Origin: an uncultured Gammaproteobacteria bacterium
GTDB lineage: Bacteria; Pseudomonadota; Gammaproteobacteria; Steroidobacterales; Rariloculaceae
Assembly: GCA_963841645.1 (NCBI GenBank)
Contig: CAWJDS010000018.1
Coordinates: forward strand, 68,881-132,880
DNA: 64,000 nucleotides
Direction of reading: 5' to 3'
Within the stretch, counting starts at the first letter, position 1; each line of letters opens with the position of its first letter. The notes under the pieces are model-generated. The model had not been told where the DNA came from, made no database searches, and was given only the letters and a program-made list of their open reading frames with translations. Position numbers and translations under genes: made by a program. Shown piece after piece: positions 43,109 to 54,465 of this stretch.

Positions 43109-44964
43109 CTAGAACGACTCGGACTGGTCGGGCTCCGGCGGCTTGCCGAGATGGTAGCGGTTCGGGATGAAATCGCCGGTGATCATCTCGAGGTACGAGA
43201 GGCCGGGTCCGACCATCGGATAGACGCCGGCCTCCGGATCGATCACGACCTCGAGGAACGCGGCGCCCTTGAAGCTCAGGAACTCCTCGAGCACTCGCGG
43301 CACGTCTGCCTTCTTGTCGAGGCGCTTCGCGTAGCCGAAGCCGTCTGCCTGCGCGGCCTTCACGAAGTCCTTCTTGCGCAGCGACTTGTCGCTCGCGGAC
43401 AGGCGGCCCTTGAAGAACAGCCGCTGCCACTGCATGACCATGCCGTCGCCGAAGTTGTTCAGCACGACGATCTTGATCGGTAGACCATAAGTCGTGACGG
43501 TCTCGAGCTCGCCGAGATTCATGCGGATGCTCGCGTCGCCGTCGACGTCGATCACGAGCTTGCCGCGGCTGCGCGAACTGCGCGCCGATCGCGGCCGGCA
43601 GGCCGAAGCCCATCGTGCCCATGCTTCCCGACGTCATCCACAGGCGCGGCTCGCGGAAATCGAAGTACTGCGCGGCCCACATCTGATGCTGGCCGACGCC
43701 GGTCGAGATGATCGCCTCGCCGCGCGTGATCTTGTTCATCGTCTCGATCACGTATTGCGGCTGGATCAACTGGCTTTCGCGGTCGTAGTTGAGCCGGTAC
43801 GTGGACTTGAGATCGCGCAATCTCCGTGTGCCACGCGCCGAAGTCCGCGTTGAAGCCGGTGCGGCGGCCGTACGCGACGAGCGCGTCGAGCGCTAGCCCA
43901 AGCAAGCCCACGTGGTGCCAGTCGGCTTTCTTGACCTTGTGGATCTCGGACGGATCGATGTCGAAGTGCAGCACGCGCTTCGCCTTCGCGCGCGAACTTC
44001 TTGCGGCACGGCCGCGACGCGATCGTCGAAGCGCGCGCCGAGCGCGATCAGAAGATCGCAGTCGTCGACAGCGTAGTTCGCGCTCGCGGTGCCGTGCATG
44101 CCGAGCATGTGCAGCGACAGCGGTTGCGTCGTGTCGAACGCGCCGAGGCCCATCAGCGTGGTGGTCACGGGAATCTTGAACGCGCTCGCGAGCGCGCGCA
44201 GCGACGCGCTCGCGTTGCCGTTGATCACGCCGCCGCCGGCATAGATCAGCGGCCGTTTGCTCTCGCCGAGCATCGCGAAGAATTGCGCGCAGCGATCTTC
44301 GGAGAGCGCGTTGGCTCTCGACGGCCGCGAGCCGCCGCCGGTAGCCGGGGATCGGCAAGTAGCTGTCGCCATGGAACGTGCCGATCCAGTTCTGCACGTC
44401 CTTCGGCACGTCGATCACGACGGGACCGGGGCGGCCGGTGCGCGCGATCTCGAACGCCGTGCGCATCGTTGCCTCGAGCCGCAGTGGATCGGTCACGAGG
44501 AACACGTGCTTCGCCACCGAGCCCATGAGCGCGCTGACCGGCGCTTCCTGGAACGCGTCGGTGCCGATCGAGCCGGTCGCGACCTGGCCGCAGATCACGA
44601 CGATCGGAATCGAGTCGGCCATGCAATCGCGCACGGGCGTCACGCAGTTCGTCGCGCCGGGCCCGGACGTGACCATCACGACGCCGACGCGCCCGCTCGC
44701 GCGCGCGTAACCTGCGGCCATGAAGCCCGCGCCTTGCTCGTTCGCCGGCACGATCAGCGGCATCGGCTCGACGCCGTCGCGCGTGTGCGCCGCGTTGTAG
44801 CGGAACACCGCGTCGTACGTCGGCAGGATCGCGCCGCCGCTATAGCCGAAGATCGTCTCGACGCCCTCGTCCGCGAGCACCTGAATGATGATGTCGGCGC
44901 CGGCCATCTTCGTGCCGGCGAGCGGATGAGCGGCGCCTAGTTGCGGCTGAGTTTGGCTGTCCAT
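43109..44964 (-). CDS. ilvI: acetolactate synthase large subunit; about five +1 frame breaks
   Basis: [125 protein letters not shown]. Confidence 0.9.
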
Positions 44965-45101
44965 CGGGCGTTGAATCGCGAGTCGTCGGCCGCGCGAAAG
45001 TAGCGCGCGGCCCCGCGAGTTTTGACGAAAAATCCATGCGTTGCAATAGCGTGAGCCATGCGCCAACATGCACGGTCCGGCTCCGGCGCGCCCCATCGAC
45101 C

Positions 45102-45599
45102 ATGCGACATATCATCTCGATCCTGCTGCAGAACGAAGCCGGAGCGCTCGCCCGCGTCGCGAACTTGTTCTCATCGCGCGGCTACAACATCGAGAGCCTG
45201 AACGTCGCTCCGACGGCCGACGCGACGGTTTCGCGGCTCACGCTCGTCACGAGCGGCTCCGACAGCGTGATCGATCAGATCAGCAAGCAGCTCGGCAAGC
45301 TCGTCGACGTCGTCGAGATCGCGGACATGACGAGCGCCGATCACATCGAGCGCGAGCTCGCGCTGTTCAAGCTGCATGTAACGAACGGCGACGGCGACAA
45401 GCTCGCTGCGGCGCTGAAGCAATTCGAAGCGCGCGTGCTGAACGATCAAAGCGGTCACTACACGGTCGAGGTCGTCGGCGGCAGCCAAGAGATCGACCGG
45501 TTCCTGAAGCGCGTCGCGGGCATCACCGACGTCGTCACGGTCGTGCGCAGCGGCGCAATGGCCGTTTCGCGCGGCGCGCCCGCGCAGAGCCGTGGCTAA
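45102..45599 (+). CDS. ilvH: acetolactate synthase small (regulatory) subunit
   Basis: [38 protein letters not shown] (ACT domain), then ...ELALFKL.., intact. Confidence 0.9.
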   Translation: MRHIISILLQNEAGALARVANLFSSRGYNIESLNVAPTADATVSRLTLVTSGSDSVIDQISKQLGKLVDVVEIADMTSADHIERELALFKLHVTNGDGDKLAAALKQFEARVLNDQSGHYTVEVVGGSQEIDRFLKRVAGITDVVTVVRSGAMAVSRGAPAQSRG

Positions 45600-46804
45600 G
45601 CGCGCGCGAGGCGCGTCCGCCGCGGCCGACGGCGGCGCGTCCGCAGCGCAGACGACCGACGGCGCGAAGCCGAACAACTCCGGAGTGGCTCGCGAGCACG
45701 CGCCGGCTCGTGATCAAGATCGGCTCCGCGCTGTTCGTCGACCAGGCGACGGGCACGCTCGATCGCTCGTGGCTCGAAAGCGTTTGCGCCGACGTCTCCG
45801 ATCTGCGCGCCGAGGGCAAGGAAGTCGTGATCGTGTCGTCGGGCGCCGTCGCGCTCGGCGCGCGCGAGCTCAAGCTCGATCCGCGCCGCGCGCGCCTCGA
45901 GGACAAGCAGGCGGCGGCCGCGACGGGACAGATCGTGCTCGCGCACGCCTATCAAGAGGTGCTCGGCGGTTTCGGGATCACCGCCGCTCAGGTGCTGCTC
46001 ACGCTCGACGACAGCGAGAGCCGGCGCCGCTACTTGAACGCGAGCAAGACGCTGCTCTCGCTGCTCGGTTACGGCGTGGTGCCCGTCGTGAACGAGAACG
46101 ACACGGTCGCGACGCAGGAGCTGCGCTACGGCGACAACGACAGGCTCGCGGCGCGCGTCGCGCAGATGGTCAGCGCCGAGTGCCTCGTGCTGCTCTCCGA
46201 CGTCGACGGCCTTTACACGGCCAACCCGCGCGTCGACGACACGGCGCGGCATATCGAGGAGGTCACGGAGCTCAAGCGCGAGCATCTGGGACATGGCCGG
46301 CGGGCCCGGCTCGAGCCACGGCTCTGGCGGGATGCGGACCAAGCTCGACGCTGCGCGGATCGCAGTCGGCGCAGGCTGCCGGATGGCGATCGCGAGCGGC
46401 CGCACCGCGCGGCCGATCGCCGAGCTGCGCGCGGGCGGCAAGGCCACGTGGTTCTTGCCGAGCGCGACGCCCGGCGCCGCGCGCAAGCAGTGGATCGCGG
46501 GCACGCTGAGCCCGAAGGGCGCCGTGCGCGTCGATCTCGGCGCGGAGCGCGCGCTCGCCTCGGGCCGGAGCCTGTTGCCGGCCGGTGTCGTGGGCGTCGA
46601 CGGCCAGTTCGAGCGCGGCGACGCGGTCCGCGTGCTCGGCCGCCGACGGCCGCGAGCTCGCGCGCGGGCTCGATCGCGTACGCGGCCGACGAGGCGCGGC
46701 TGATCGCGGGCAAGCAGACCGCGGGTATCGCCGATGTCTTGGGTTATCGCGGCCGGGATGAGATCATTCACCGCGACGACTTGGTGCTGATCGACACGAG
46801 ATAG
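45592..46804 (+). CDS. proB: glutamate 5-kinase; four +1 frame breaks (near 45695, 46290, 46637, 46665); start uncertain
   Basis: [73 protein letters not shown] end: GDAVRV.., [22 protein letters not shown]. Confidence 0.88.
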
Positions 46805-46808
46805 CCCA

Positions 46809-48100
46809 ATGAGCAGCGTAAAAATCGCAACCAAACCCGACCTGCGCGAGCAGATGTTCGAGGTCGGTCGGGCCGCGCGCGCGGCCGCTGAGCAGCTCGC
46901 CGAAGCGCGAGCGGACGTGAAGCGCGCGGCGCTCGAGGCGGCCGCGCAAGGAGCTGCGCGCGTCGGCGAAGACCGTGCTGCGCGCGAACGCGGATGACGT
47001 CGCCGACGCGAAGAGCGCCGGGTCTGTCGAGCGCGATGATCGATCGGCTCGCGCTCGAACGAGAAGCGGATCGAGGCGACCGCGGCCGGCCTCGAGGTCG
47101 TCGCGGCGCTCGAGGATCCGGTCGGCCAGATCGATCGCGTCGTGGGAGCGACCGAACGGGCTCAAGATCTCGCGCGTGCGCGTGCCGCTCGGCGTGATCG
47201 GCATCATCTACGAGAGCCGGCCGAACGTGACGGCGGACGCCGCGGCGTTGTGCCTGAAGGCGGCAACGCGGCGATCTTGCGCGGCGGCTCCGAGAGCGCG
47301 CGCTCGAGCGCCGCGATTCACGCATGCCTCACGCGCGCGCTCGTCGCGCACGGGTTGCCGGAGCACGCGGTGCAGATGCTGCCGACGCAGGACCGCGAGG
47401 CGGTGGGCATCATGCTGCGCGACATGGCGCGCTACATCGACGTGATCGTGCCGCGCGGCGGCAAGAGCTTGGTCGCGCGCGTGCAGCAGGACGCGCGCGT
47501 GCCCGTGATGAGCCATCTCGAGGGCATCTGTCACACCTATATACATGAGCGCGCCGATCTCGCGATGGCGCGCAAGGTCGACGCTGAACGCGAAGATGCG
47601 CCGCACGGGCATCTGCGGCGCGACCGAGACGATCCTCGTCGACCGCGCGTGCGCGGCGACGCATCTCAAGCCCGTCGTCGTCGATTTGCTCGAGGCGGGG
47701 TGCGAGGTCCGCGGCGACGCAGCGACCGTCGCGAGCGACCCGCGCGTCAGCGCCGCTCAAGACTCGGATTGGGGCAAGGAATTCCTCGACGCGATCGTCG
47801 CCGTGCGCGTGATCGACGGCCTCGACGAGGCGCTCGCGCACATCCGCCGTTACGGCTCGGCGCACACCGACGCGATCATCACGTCCGACGCCGGCCGCGG
47901 CCGAGCGATTCCTGAACGAGCTCGACAGCGCGATCGTCATGCACAACGCGTCGACGCAGTTCGCCGACGGCGGCGAGTTCGGCATGGGCGCGGAGATCGG
48001 CATCGCGACGGGCAAGATCCACGCGCGCGGCCCGGTCGGCGCGGTCGAGCTCACGAGCTACAAGTACCAAGTGCGCGGCAGCGGTCAGACGCGTCCCTGA
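46809..48100 (+). CDS. proA: glutamate-5-semialdehyde dehydrogenase; at least ~5 frame breaks
   Basis: Fragments: [112 protein letters not shown] at 48098-48100. Confidence 0.88.
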
Positions 48101-48141
48101 GCGCGTCCCTGAGCCTGGGCCAACTTCGAGCTGCCTCTTCC

Positions 48142-49729
48142 GTGGGCGCCCAGCGCGCGCTCTACGACGTGATCGTGATCGGCGCCGGCATCAATGGCGC
48201 TGCGATCGCGCGCGAGGCCGCGCTGTCCGGCCTTGCCGTGTTGCTCGTCGAGCGCGGCGACCTCGCGGCGGGCACGTCGAGCGCGTCGTCGCGACTGATC
48301 CACGGCGGGCTGCGGTACCTCGAGCACTTCGAGATCGGGCTCGTGCGCGAGTCGTTGAACGAGCGCGAGCGGCTGCTGCGCTTCGCGCCGCATCTCGTGG
48401 TACCGCTCGAGCTCTACATCCCGGTTTATCGCGCGCGCGCGCCGCAAGCGCTGGCAGATCGGGCTCGGCCTCACGCTCTACGACTGGCTCTCGGCCGATC
48501 GTTCGCTGCCGGGCCACACGCTGCTCGGCCGCGACGCGCTGCTCGAGAAGCTGCCGGGACTGAATCCCGCCGGGCTCGTCGGCGGCGCGAGCTACTTCGA
48601 CGCGCAGGCTCGCTATCCCGAGCGGCTCGTCGTCGAGAATGTGCTCGACGCGGCCGCGAACGGCGCCGTCGTGAAAACCTACACGCGCGTGACGCGAATC
48701 GTCGTCGAGGCCGGGCGTGCGACGGGCGTCGAGTGGCGCACCGCGGGCGGTGAGAGCGGCGCTGCGCGCGCGCGGCTCGTCGTCAACGCCGCGGGCCCGT
48801 GGGTCGACGAGGTGCTCGGCGATCTTCGCCACACGCGGCTGATCGGCGGCACGAAAGGCAGCCACCTGATCGCGCCGCTTTTTCCGGGCGCGCCGAGCGC
48901 GGGCGTCTACATCGAGGCCGGTAGCGACGCGCGGCCGTTGTTCATCTTGCCTTGGAACGGATTGCTGCTCGTCGGCACGACCGACGAGCGCGTGGATGAG
49001 CCGAGCGCGTGCCATCGACGCGCGCGAGCTCGACTATCTCGCGGCAGAAACCGAGCGCGTGTTCCCGGCCGCGGCCGGCCTCGAGTCCCGCGTGCTCTAC
49101 ACATACACCGGCGTGCGGCCGCTGCCGTATCAGCGCCGCGGCGCCGAAGGCTCGATCACGCGCCGCCACTTGATCCGTCGCCATCGCGCGGCGCGCGGCT
49201 TGTACTCCGTAGTCGGCGGCAAGCTCACGACGCATCGCGCGCTCGCGGAGGACGTGCTCGACGTGCTCCGCGCCCAGCTACCGGGCCTCGAGCGCGTGCG
49301 ACCGACGCGCGACGCGGCCGCTGCCCGGCGCGCTTGCGCCGAAGGAGCGCGACGAGCTGCTCGCAGACGTCGGCGCGGAGCTCGGCGCCGCGCAAGCCGT
49401 GCGCCTCTGGCACGTCTATGGAGGCGCGGCGAGACGGATCGCGGAGCTCGCGCGCGCCGATGCGGATCTCGCCGCCGCGATCGGCGGCAGCCCGGTGCTC
49501 GTCGCGGAGCTCGTCCATGCGTGGAAGGCGGAGTGGGCCTCGACGCTCGACGACTTCCTGCAGCGGCGCTGCATGGCCGGGCTCGATGCGGACTTTGGGC
49601 TTGGCGCCGCGGAATCTGCGGCTGGTTGGCTGGTGAGGCTCGGCTATCGCGGATGCTGCGCGCGCGGAGTCCGAGCTCTCGGACTACCGCGCGCTCGCGG
49701 CGCAACGATGCGCGCCGCGAGCGGCGTAG
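48142..49729 (+). CDS. glpD: FAD-dependent glycerol-3-phosphate dehydrogenase-like oxidoreductase; at least ~5 frame breaks
   Basis: [98 protein letters not shown] start. TAG at 49727-49729 after reconstruction. Confidence 0.85.
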
Positions 49730-49737
49730 TCGAGACG

Positions 49738-49982
49738 TTACTTCGAAGCGGCGGGCGTGGGCACCATCTCGACCTGGATGACGGGCGCCACGATTTGCAC
49801 GCGGGTTCGCGTGCAGCTCGGCGCTCGTCTCGGCCACGATCTCGTCCGTCATGTCCGACAGCATCTCGGCAGCAGGCTGCTTTGCCGTCACGACGATCTC
49901 TTCGACCTTCGGGTTGGACAGAGCCGGGGCCGCGACCGCGATCAGAGCGGCTGCGAGCAACGAAGCTGGTCAACGTCTTCAT
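49738..49982 (-). CDS. small secreted hypothetical protein; one or two frame breaks
   Basis: SD GGGAGA sits before ATG 49982. MKTLTSFV..AAALIAVAAPALSNPKVEEIVVTAKQPAAEMLSDMTDEIVAE... assembled from two minus-strand frames. Confidence 0.45.
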
Positions 49983-50139
49983 GTCTTTCTCCCAATGAGT
50001 CAAACGACTAATTGCCGGGGACTAACTACTGGCTCGAGATGCTACGCGCCGAGCGATAGTACCGGCTTGAAGAAAGCTGGAGATTGACAAAGGCGGCTAA
50101 AGGTTCGCGCGGCCGCCGCGGAGGCCTGTGACGCCGTTC

Positions 50140-50403
50140 TCAGGCGCCCTTTTCGTTCGCGCCGCGCTCGACGGGCTCGAAGCGCCCCGTCGGCCGATCG
50201 CCGTGTCGCGAGTACCGATGCTCGCTCGCCATGTCGGCGAGAGCGCGATCGCGCTCCTCGCGCGTGCGGTACCAGTGATGACGCTCCCAGCCCGCGCCGA
50301 GGATGCGCGCGAACGTGTCAGTGGCTGGCAGGGTCACTCGTATGCCGAACGGCTTCGGCACGTCGAGCGGCTCGTTCAAGTTGTGCTCGTGGACGATTTC
50401 CAT
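50140..50403 (-). CDS. small hypothetical protein, divergent from the large NTPase-WD40 gene
   Basis: 87 codons from an internal ATG (MEIVHEHNLNEPLDVPKPFGIRVTLPATDTFARILGAGWERHHWYRTREERDRALADM...). Composition is protein-like. No domain recognised. Confidence 0.45.
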   Translation of the reverse strand: MEIVHEHNLNEPLDVPKPFGIRVTLPATDTFARILGAGWERHHWYRTREERDRALADMASEHRYSRHGDRPTGRFEPVERGANEKGA

Positions 50404-50500
50404 TTCGTGGGCGCCGCGCGTCGAAAACGATTGCGGCCGCATCTTACCCGAACTGCGTCACGGCCGGACAACGCCGCGCCGCTGCTACAATCTCGCCGCC

Positions 50501-53500
50501 ATGGCTAGGGTCGTGCAAGCGGCTGAGTTTTTCGTGGTCGGAGGTCCGGTGCCGCCGGATCGGCCCTCGTACGTCGAGCGGGCTGCCGACCACGAGCTCA
50601 AGGCGGCGCTGCAGGCGCGGCGCCTCTGCTACGTTCTCGGAGCACACGGCACCGGCAAGTCGAGCTTGCTCGCGCGCGTGGGTCGCTCGTTGCGGACCGA
50701 TGGCGAGCTCGTGGCCGTCGTCGACATCGCGAGCCTCGAGGCGCGCGGCGAAGACTCGGACGTCGAGCGCTGGACGTATGCAATCGCGCACCGCGTCGTC
50801 CACGAGCTGCGCCTGAACGTCGACTTGCCGGGCTGGTGGCGGGAGCGCACCGCCGTCGCGCGTGAGAGTCGGCTCGCCGATTTCTTCTGGGACGTGGTCC
50901 TCACCAACACGACCGTGCCGGTCACGATCATGTTCGACTCGATCGAGCGCGCGGTCGAGCTGGCGTTCGGCCCCGAGCTGCTCACGGCGATCGACACTTG
51001 CTACGAGCGGCGCACGCGCGAGCCAGACTATGAGCGCCTCGCGTTCGCGCTCGCCGGCGTCGCGTCGCGCGAGCAGCTCGCCCGCCGCGCGAACGGGCGT
51101 TCTACGGCCGTACTGATCGAGCCTCAAGACTTCGCCCCCGAGGAGTCGTATGTGCTCGCACTGGGCTTCGGAGGAGAGCCGGGGCAAACGCAGGCGCTGA
51201 TGGACCGAGTCTGCGCATGGACGAACGGTCACCCGTATCTGACGCAGCTAGTCGCTCGCGCCGTCGAGAACAAGGGCGGCAACCTCGAGGACGTCGAGCG
51301 CGTCGTCCGCGAGCAGTTGCTCGTACCCGCGGCGCTCAACCAAAGTCCACTCGCCGCGACGCGCGAGCGGCTCACCGCGCGCCGACCCAACGCGCGCCGC
51401 GCACTCGGCATCCTGCACCGCGTCGCGCGCGGCACGAAGGTGGTGTTGCCGCGTGAGGCGGGCGTGCGCGACCTGCTGCTCTTGTCCGGCGTGGCGACAG
51501 TGAAGGGCGGCGTGCTCGGCTATCGCAACCGGATCGTCCGCGAGGCGTTCGGCACACGCTGGGTGAAGAGCGTCGCCCCGCTCGGTTGGCGGACCGTCGC
51601 AGCTACCGCCGCCGCCGTCGTGCTGCTCGCCGTAGCGGGCTTCGCGTACTGGAACTACGTGCCGCGGTACTACGAGCGCGTGCTGGTCGACGCGGGCGCG
51701 GATCCCGCCGCCGTCGACGCGGCCTATCACGGGTTGCACCGCTTGCCCGGCTTCGCGGCGCGTGCGGACGAGCTGCTCGCGGACGCGTTGCGCCGCCGCA
51801 GCAGCGATGCAACCAACGTCGGCGCGCTCGTGACGACCGACAGCGCGCTGCGCGCGCTGCCAGGGCAAGCGCAGGAGGCCGACCGGCTGCTCGCCGATTT
51901 CTGGCTGCGCAAGACGGCGACTGCCGCGGCGGCGGAGCAGCGTGACCCGGCGTTGCTGTTCGCGCTGCGTGCCGCGCTCGCGGGCGGCGGCGGCGCCGAG
52001 GAGGCGCGCGCGTGGGTCCGGGCGCTCGTCGGCGGCGACTACGCCGAGCTCTCCCGCACGTTCGACCTCGCGGCCGCGCCCGCGCGATGGGGCGTCGACT
52101 GGCAGGGCAGGCAGTTGCTCGCGATCGAGTCGACGCACGGCGTTCGGCGTGTGCCGCTTGCGCAGGGCGCGGGAGCCGTCGCCGAAGCGCCGCTCGCGCT
52201 CAGCGCGCTTGCCTACACGCCGCTCGAGCGTGCCCTGCGCGTCGAAGAGCAGGGCGACGCCGGCGAGCTCGAGCTCAGCGTCGCGGTTGCGCACCCCGCA
52301 AGCGCCGAGCTCACGTTGACCCTCACGGCGCCGAGCGGTGCGAGCGCGACGGTGCCGTTGCCGCAGGGTACCGGCGGGCGCGGCGAGTACTTCGTGTTTC
52401 CCGCGCAGCCCGGCACGCCGCTCGCGGCTCTTGCCGCGGAAGAACGGCGCGGCACGTGGAAGCTCGCGCTGATCGATCACCGCGAGGGTAATGCCGGCAG
52501 CCTAGCGGGCTGGGGGCTGCGGTTCGGCGCGCAGAGCGTGCGCGACGATCCCGACCAGCCCGTCGCGATTCCGGAGCCCGCGCGCACGACCGACGTGTCT
52601 TTCGACGTAAGCGACGACGATCGGTTCGCGCTCGTGCGGCCCACGACAACCGGTGCCGCGCCGACGCTATCCGTCTGGGATCTGGCAGCGGGCCGGCCGC
52701 AGGCCGACGTCGGTTTGCCGAGACCGCCCGAGCACGCACTCCTGAACGCGACGCATGCGCGAGTGCTCACCTCGGCCGGCGATCAGGTCACGCTTTGGAA
52801 CGCCGCGAGCGGCGCGCAAGTCGCGCGGATCGGGACGCAAACGGAGTTCGTGCTGCCGCCGGTGTTCTCGGCCGACGGCGGCTTCGTCGCGATCGCCGAG
52901 CGCGTCGAGGATTCGCCGCCGCTGCTGAGCCTGTTGCGCGCCGAGGACGGAACGCTGCTCGCGAGCGTCGCGGGCGTTACCGGCGCCGAGCGCTGGTGGC
53001 TCGGGCCGGGCGGGCGCTACTTCGCGCTGCTGGAGGCGGACAACGTCGTGCATGTGATCGACGCGCACCGCGGGACGGACCTCGCGAGCCTTACGCATGC
53101 GCGCGCGGTCGTTGCCGTGTTGCCGCTCCCCGACGGCGCGACATTGCTAACCATCGACGACGCGGGCGAGATGCGCGCGTGGAACGTCGCTTCGAGCGCG
53201 CCCGCGAACACGAGTGGAAGGACCCTTGGCACGACGGTGGCGACTGATGGCGTGAGCCTGTCCGCCGACGGCTCGCGGCTCGCGTACCCCGCCGGTCGCG
53301 GCGAGTTCGTGGTGCGCACGGTCGCTTCGAGCGCGCGCGTTGCGAGCGTCCTGATGAACGACGCGAGCGGCGCGCCGCGCGCGCGCTTGTCGCCCGACGG
53401 CTCCACTCTCGTGACGTCGAGCGCAGAGCACATTCGCGTCTGGTCCCTGCCGAAGAGAAGCGAGTCCGTGCCCTCGGCAGAGCGCGCGGCGGATCTCGAT

Positions 53501-54358
53501 GTGAGCGCGCTTGCGATCGACGGCTCGAGCGACGGCGTCGCGTTCGGCCGCCGCGACGGCGGAGTGAGCTTCGGCGATGCGGCGGACTCGACGCACCGCA
53601 CGACGCTGCTCGACGCCGCGGCCGACGGCGGGCCGCACGCGGTGGTGCGCGCGCTTGCGCTCGCGAGCTCACTCGGTCTCGTCGCGAGCGGCGGCGACGA
53701 TGGCGTCGTGCGGCTCGCAGCAGTCGCAACCTCATCGCCCGGCGTCGATCAGCCGCGGTCGTTCGATGCCGGCGACGGCGCGGTCACGGCAGTCGCGCTC
53801 GGCGCGGACGGCCGCCTCGTCGCGGCCGCGGCGAGATCGGCGGTGCATGTCTGGGACGCCGCGGACGGCGCGGTCGCGTTCACGATTCCGCGCGCGGCCG
53901 AGGCCGTCGCGCTCGCGCCCGGCGGCGGGCTGCTCGCGACGGGCGGCGCCGACGGCGCCGTGCAGGTTTGGCGGCGGAGCGGCGAGGCGCTAGGCGGCAC
54001 GCTAACCGTGCCGAGTGCCGTGCGCTGGATCGGCTTCGCGTCGGATGAGGTGCTCATCGCCGCGACCGACCATTGGCTGCACAGCTTCAGCGTCGGTCCT
54101 CGAGGCCTCGAGCCGCTGCACACGTGGCCCGCACCGGGCTCGCTTTCGGCGGCGCGCGGGTTCGCGGCGCTCGGTGCCGAACGAGTGCTTATCGAAGCCT
54201 TCGACGCGCGGGGCGAGCTGCGCCGCAGCGAGATCGATCTCGCCGCGGCCCAAAGCGGTGCCCCGGCCGTGGCTCCCGAGCTCTTGAGCCGCGACTGGTC
54301 CGCCGCGCTGGGGCTCGCGCTCGACGACGCGGGAGAGGTGGGTCCGGCCGGCCCCTAG
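50501..54358 (+). CDS. AAA/STAND-like NTPase - TM helix - proprotein-convertase P-domain - WD40-like beta-propeller protein (1285 aa, intact)
   Basis: Start at the ATG for MARVVQAAEFFVVGGPV. Walker A LGAHGTGKSSLL. Walker B-like VTIMFDSIE. TM VAATAAAVVLLAVAGFAYW. P-domain pattern LSVAVAHPASAELTLTLTAPSG...RGTWKLALIDHREGNAGSLAGWGLRF. Repeated blades: LSADGSRLAY, LSPDGSTLVTSSAEHIRVWSL, LVASGGDDGVVRL, LGADGRLVAAAARSAVHVWD, LATGGADGAVQVW. Confidence 0.85.
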   Translation: MARVVQAAEFFVVGGPVPPDRPSYVERAADHELKAALQARRLCYVLGAHGTGKSSLLARVGRSLRTDGELVAVVDIASLEARGEDSDVERWTYAIAHRVVHELRLNVDLPGWWRERTAVARESRLADFFWDVVLTNTTVPVTIMFDSIERAVELAFGPELLTAIDTCYERRTREPDYERLAFALAGVASREQLARRANGRSTAVLIEPQDFAPEESYVLALGFGGEPGQTQALMDRVCAWTNGHPYLTQLVARAVENKGGNLEDVERVVREQLLVPAALNQSPLAATRERLTARRPNARRALGILHRVARGTKVVLPREAGVRDLLLLSGVATVKGGVLGYRNRIVREAFGTRWVKSVAPLGWRTVAATAAAVVLLAVAGFAYWNYVPRYYERVLVDAGADPAAVDAAYHGLHRLPGFAARADELLADALRRRSSDATNVGALVTTDSALRALPGQAQEADRLLADFWLRKTATAAAAEQRDPALLFALRAALAGGGGAEEARAWVRALVGGDYAELSRTFDLAAAPARWGVDWQGRQLLAIESTHGVRRVPLAQGAGAVAEAPLALSALAYTPLERALRVEEQGDAGELELSVAVAHPASAELTLTLTAPSGASATVPLPQGTGGRGEYFVFPAQPGTPLAALAAEERRGTWKLALIDHREGNAGSLAGWGLRFGAQSVRDDPDQPVAIPEPARTTDVSFDVSDDDRFALVRPTTTGAAPTLSVWDLAAGRPQADVGLPRPPEHALLNATHARVLTSAGDQVTLWNAASGAQVARIGTQTEFVLPPVFSADGGFVAIAERVEDSPPLLSLLRAEDGTLLASVAGVTGAERWWLGPGGRYFALLEADNVVHVIDAHRGTDLASLTHARAVVAVLPLPDGATLLTIDDAGEMRAWNVASSAPANTSGRTLGTTVATDGVSLSADGSRLAYPAGRGEFVVRTVASSARVASVLMNDASGAPRARLSPDGSTLVTSSAEHIRVWSLPKRSESVPSAERAADLDVSALAIDGSSDGVAFGRRDGGVSFGDAADSTHRTTLLDAAADGGPHAVVRALALASSLGLVASGGDDGVVRLAAVATSSPGVDQPRSFDAGDGAVTAVALGADGRLVAAAARSAVHVWDAADGAVAFTIPRAAEAVALAPGGGLLATGGADGAVQVWRRSGEALGGTLTVPSAVRWIGFASDEVLIAATDHWLHSFSVGPRGLEPLHTWPAPGSLSAARGFAALGAERVLIEAFDARGELRRSEIDLAAAQSGAPAVAPELLSRDWSAALGLALDDAGEVGPAGP

Positions 54359-54465
54359 CGCCGATCTCGGGATTTTGGGCAAATCTGTGAACTGCCCGGT
54401 GGGGCTGGAGGCCCCGTCCGCGCTAACGTACGCACGTTTTGACGTAACCGACGAGTCAAACGCGC

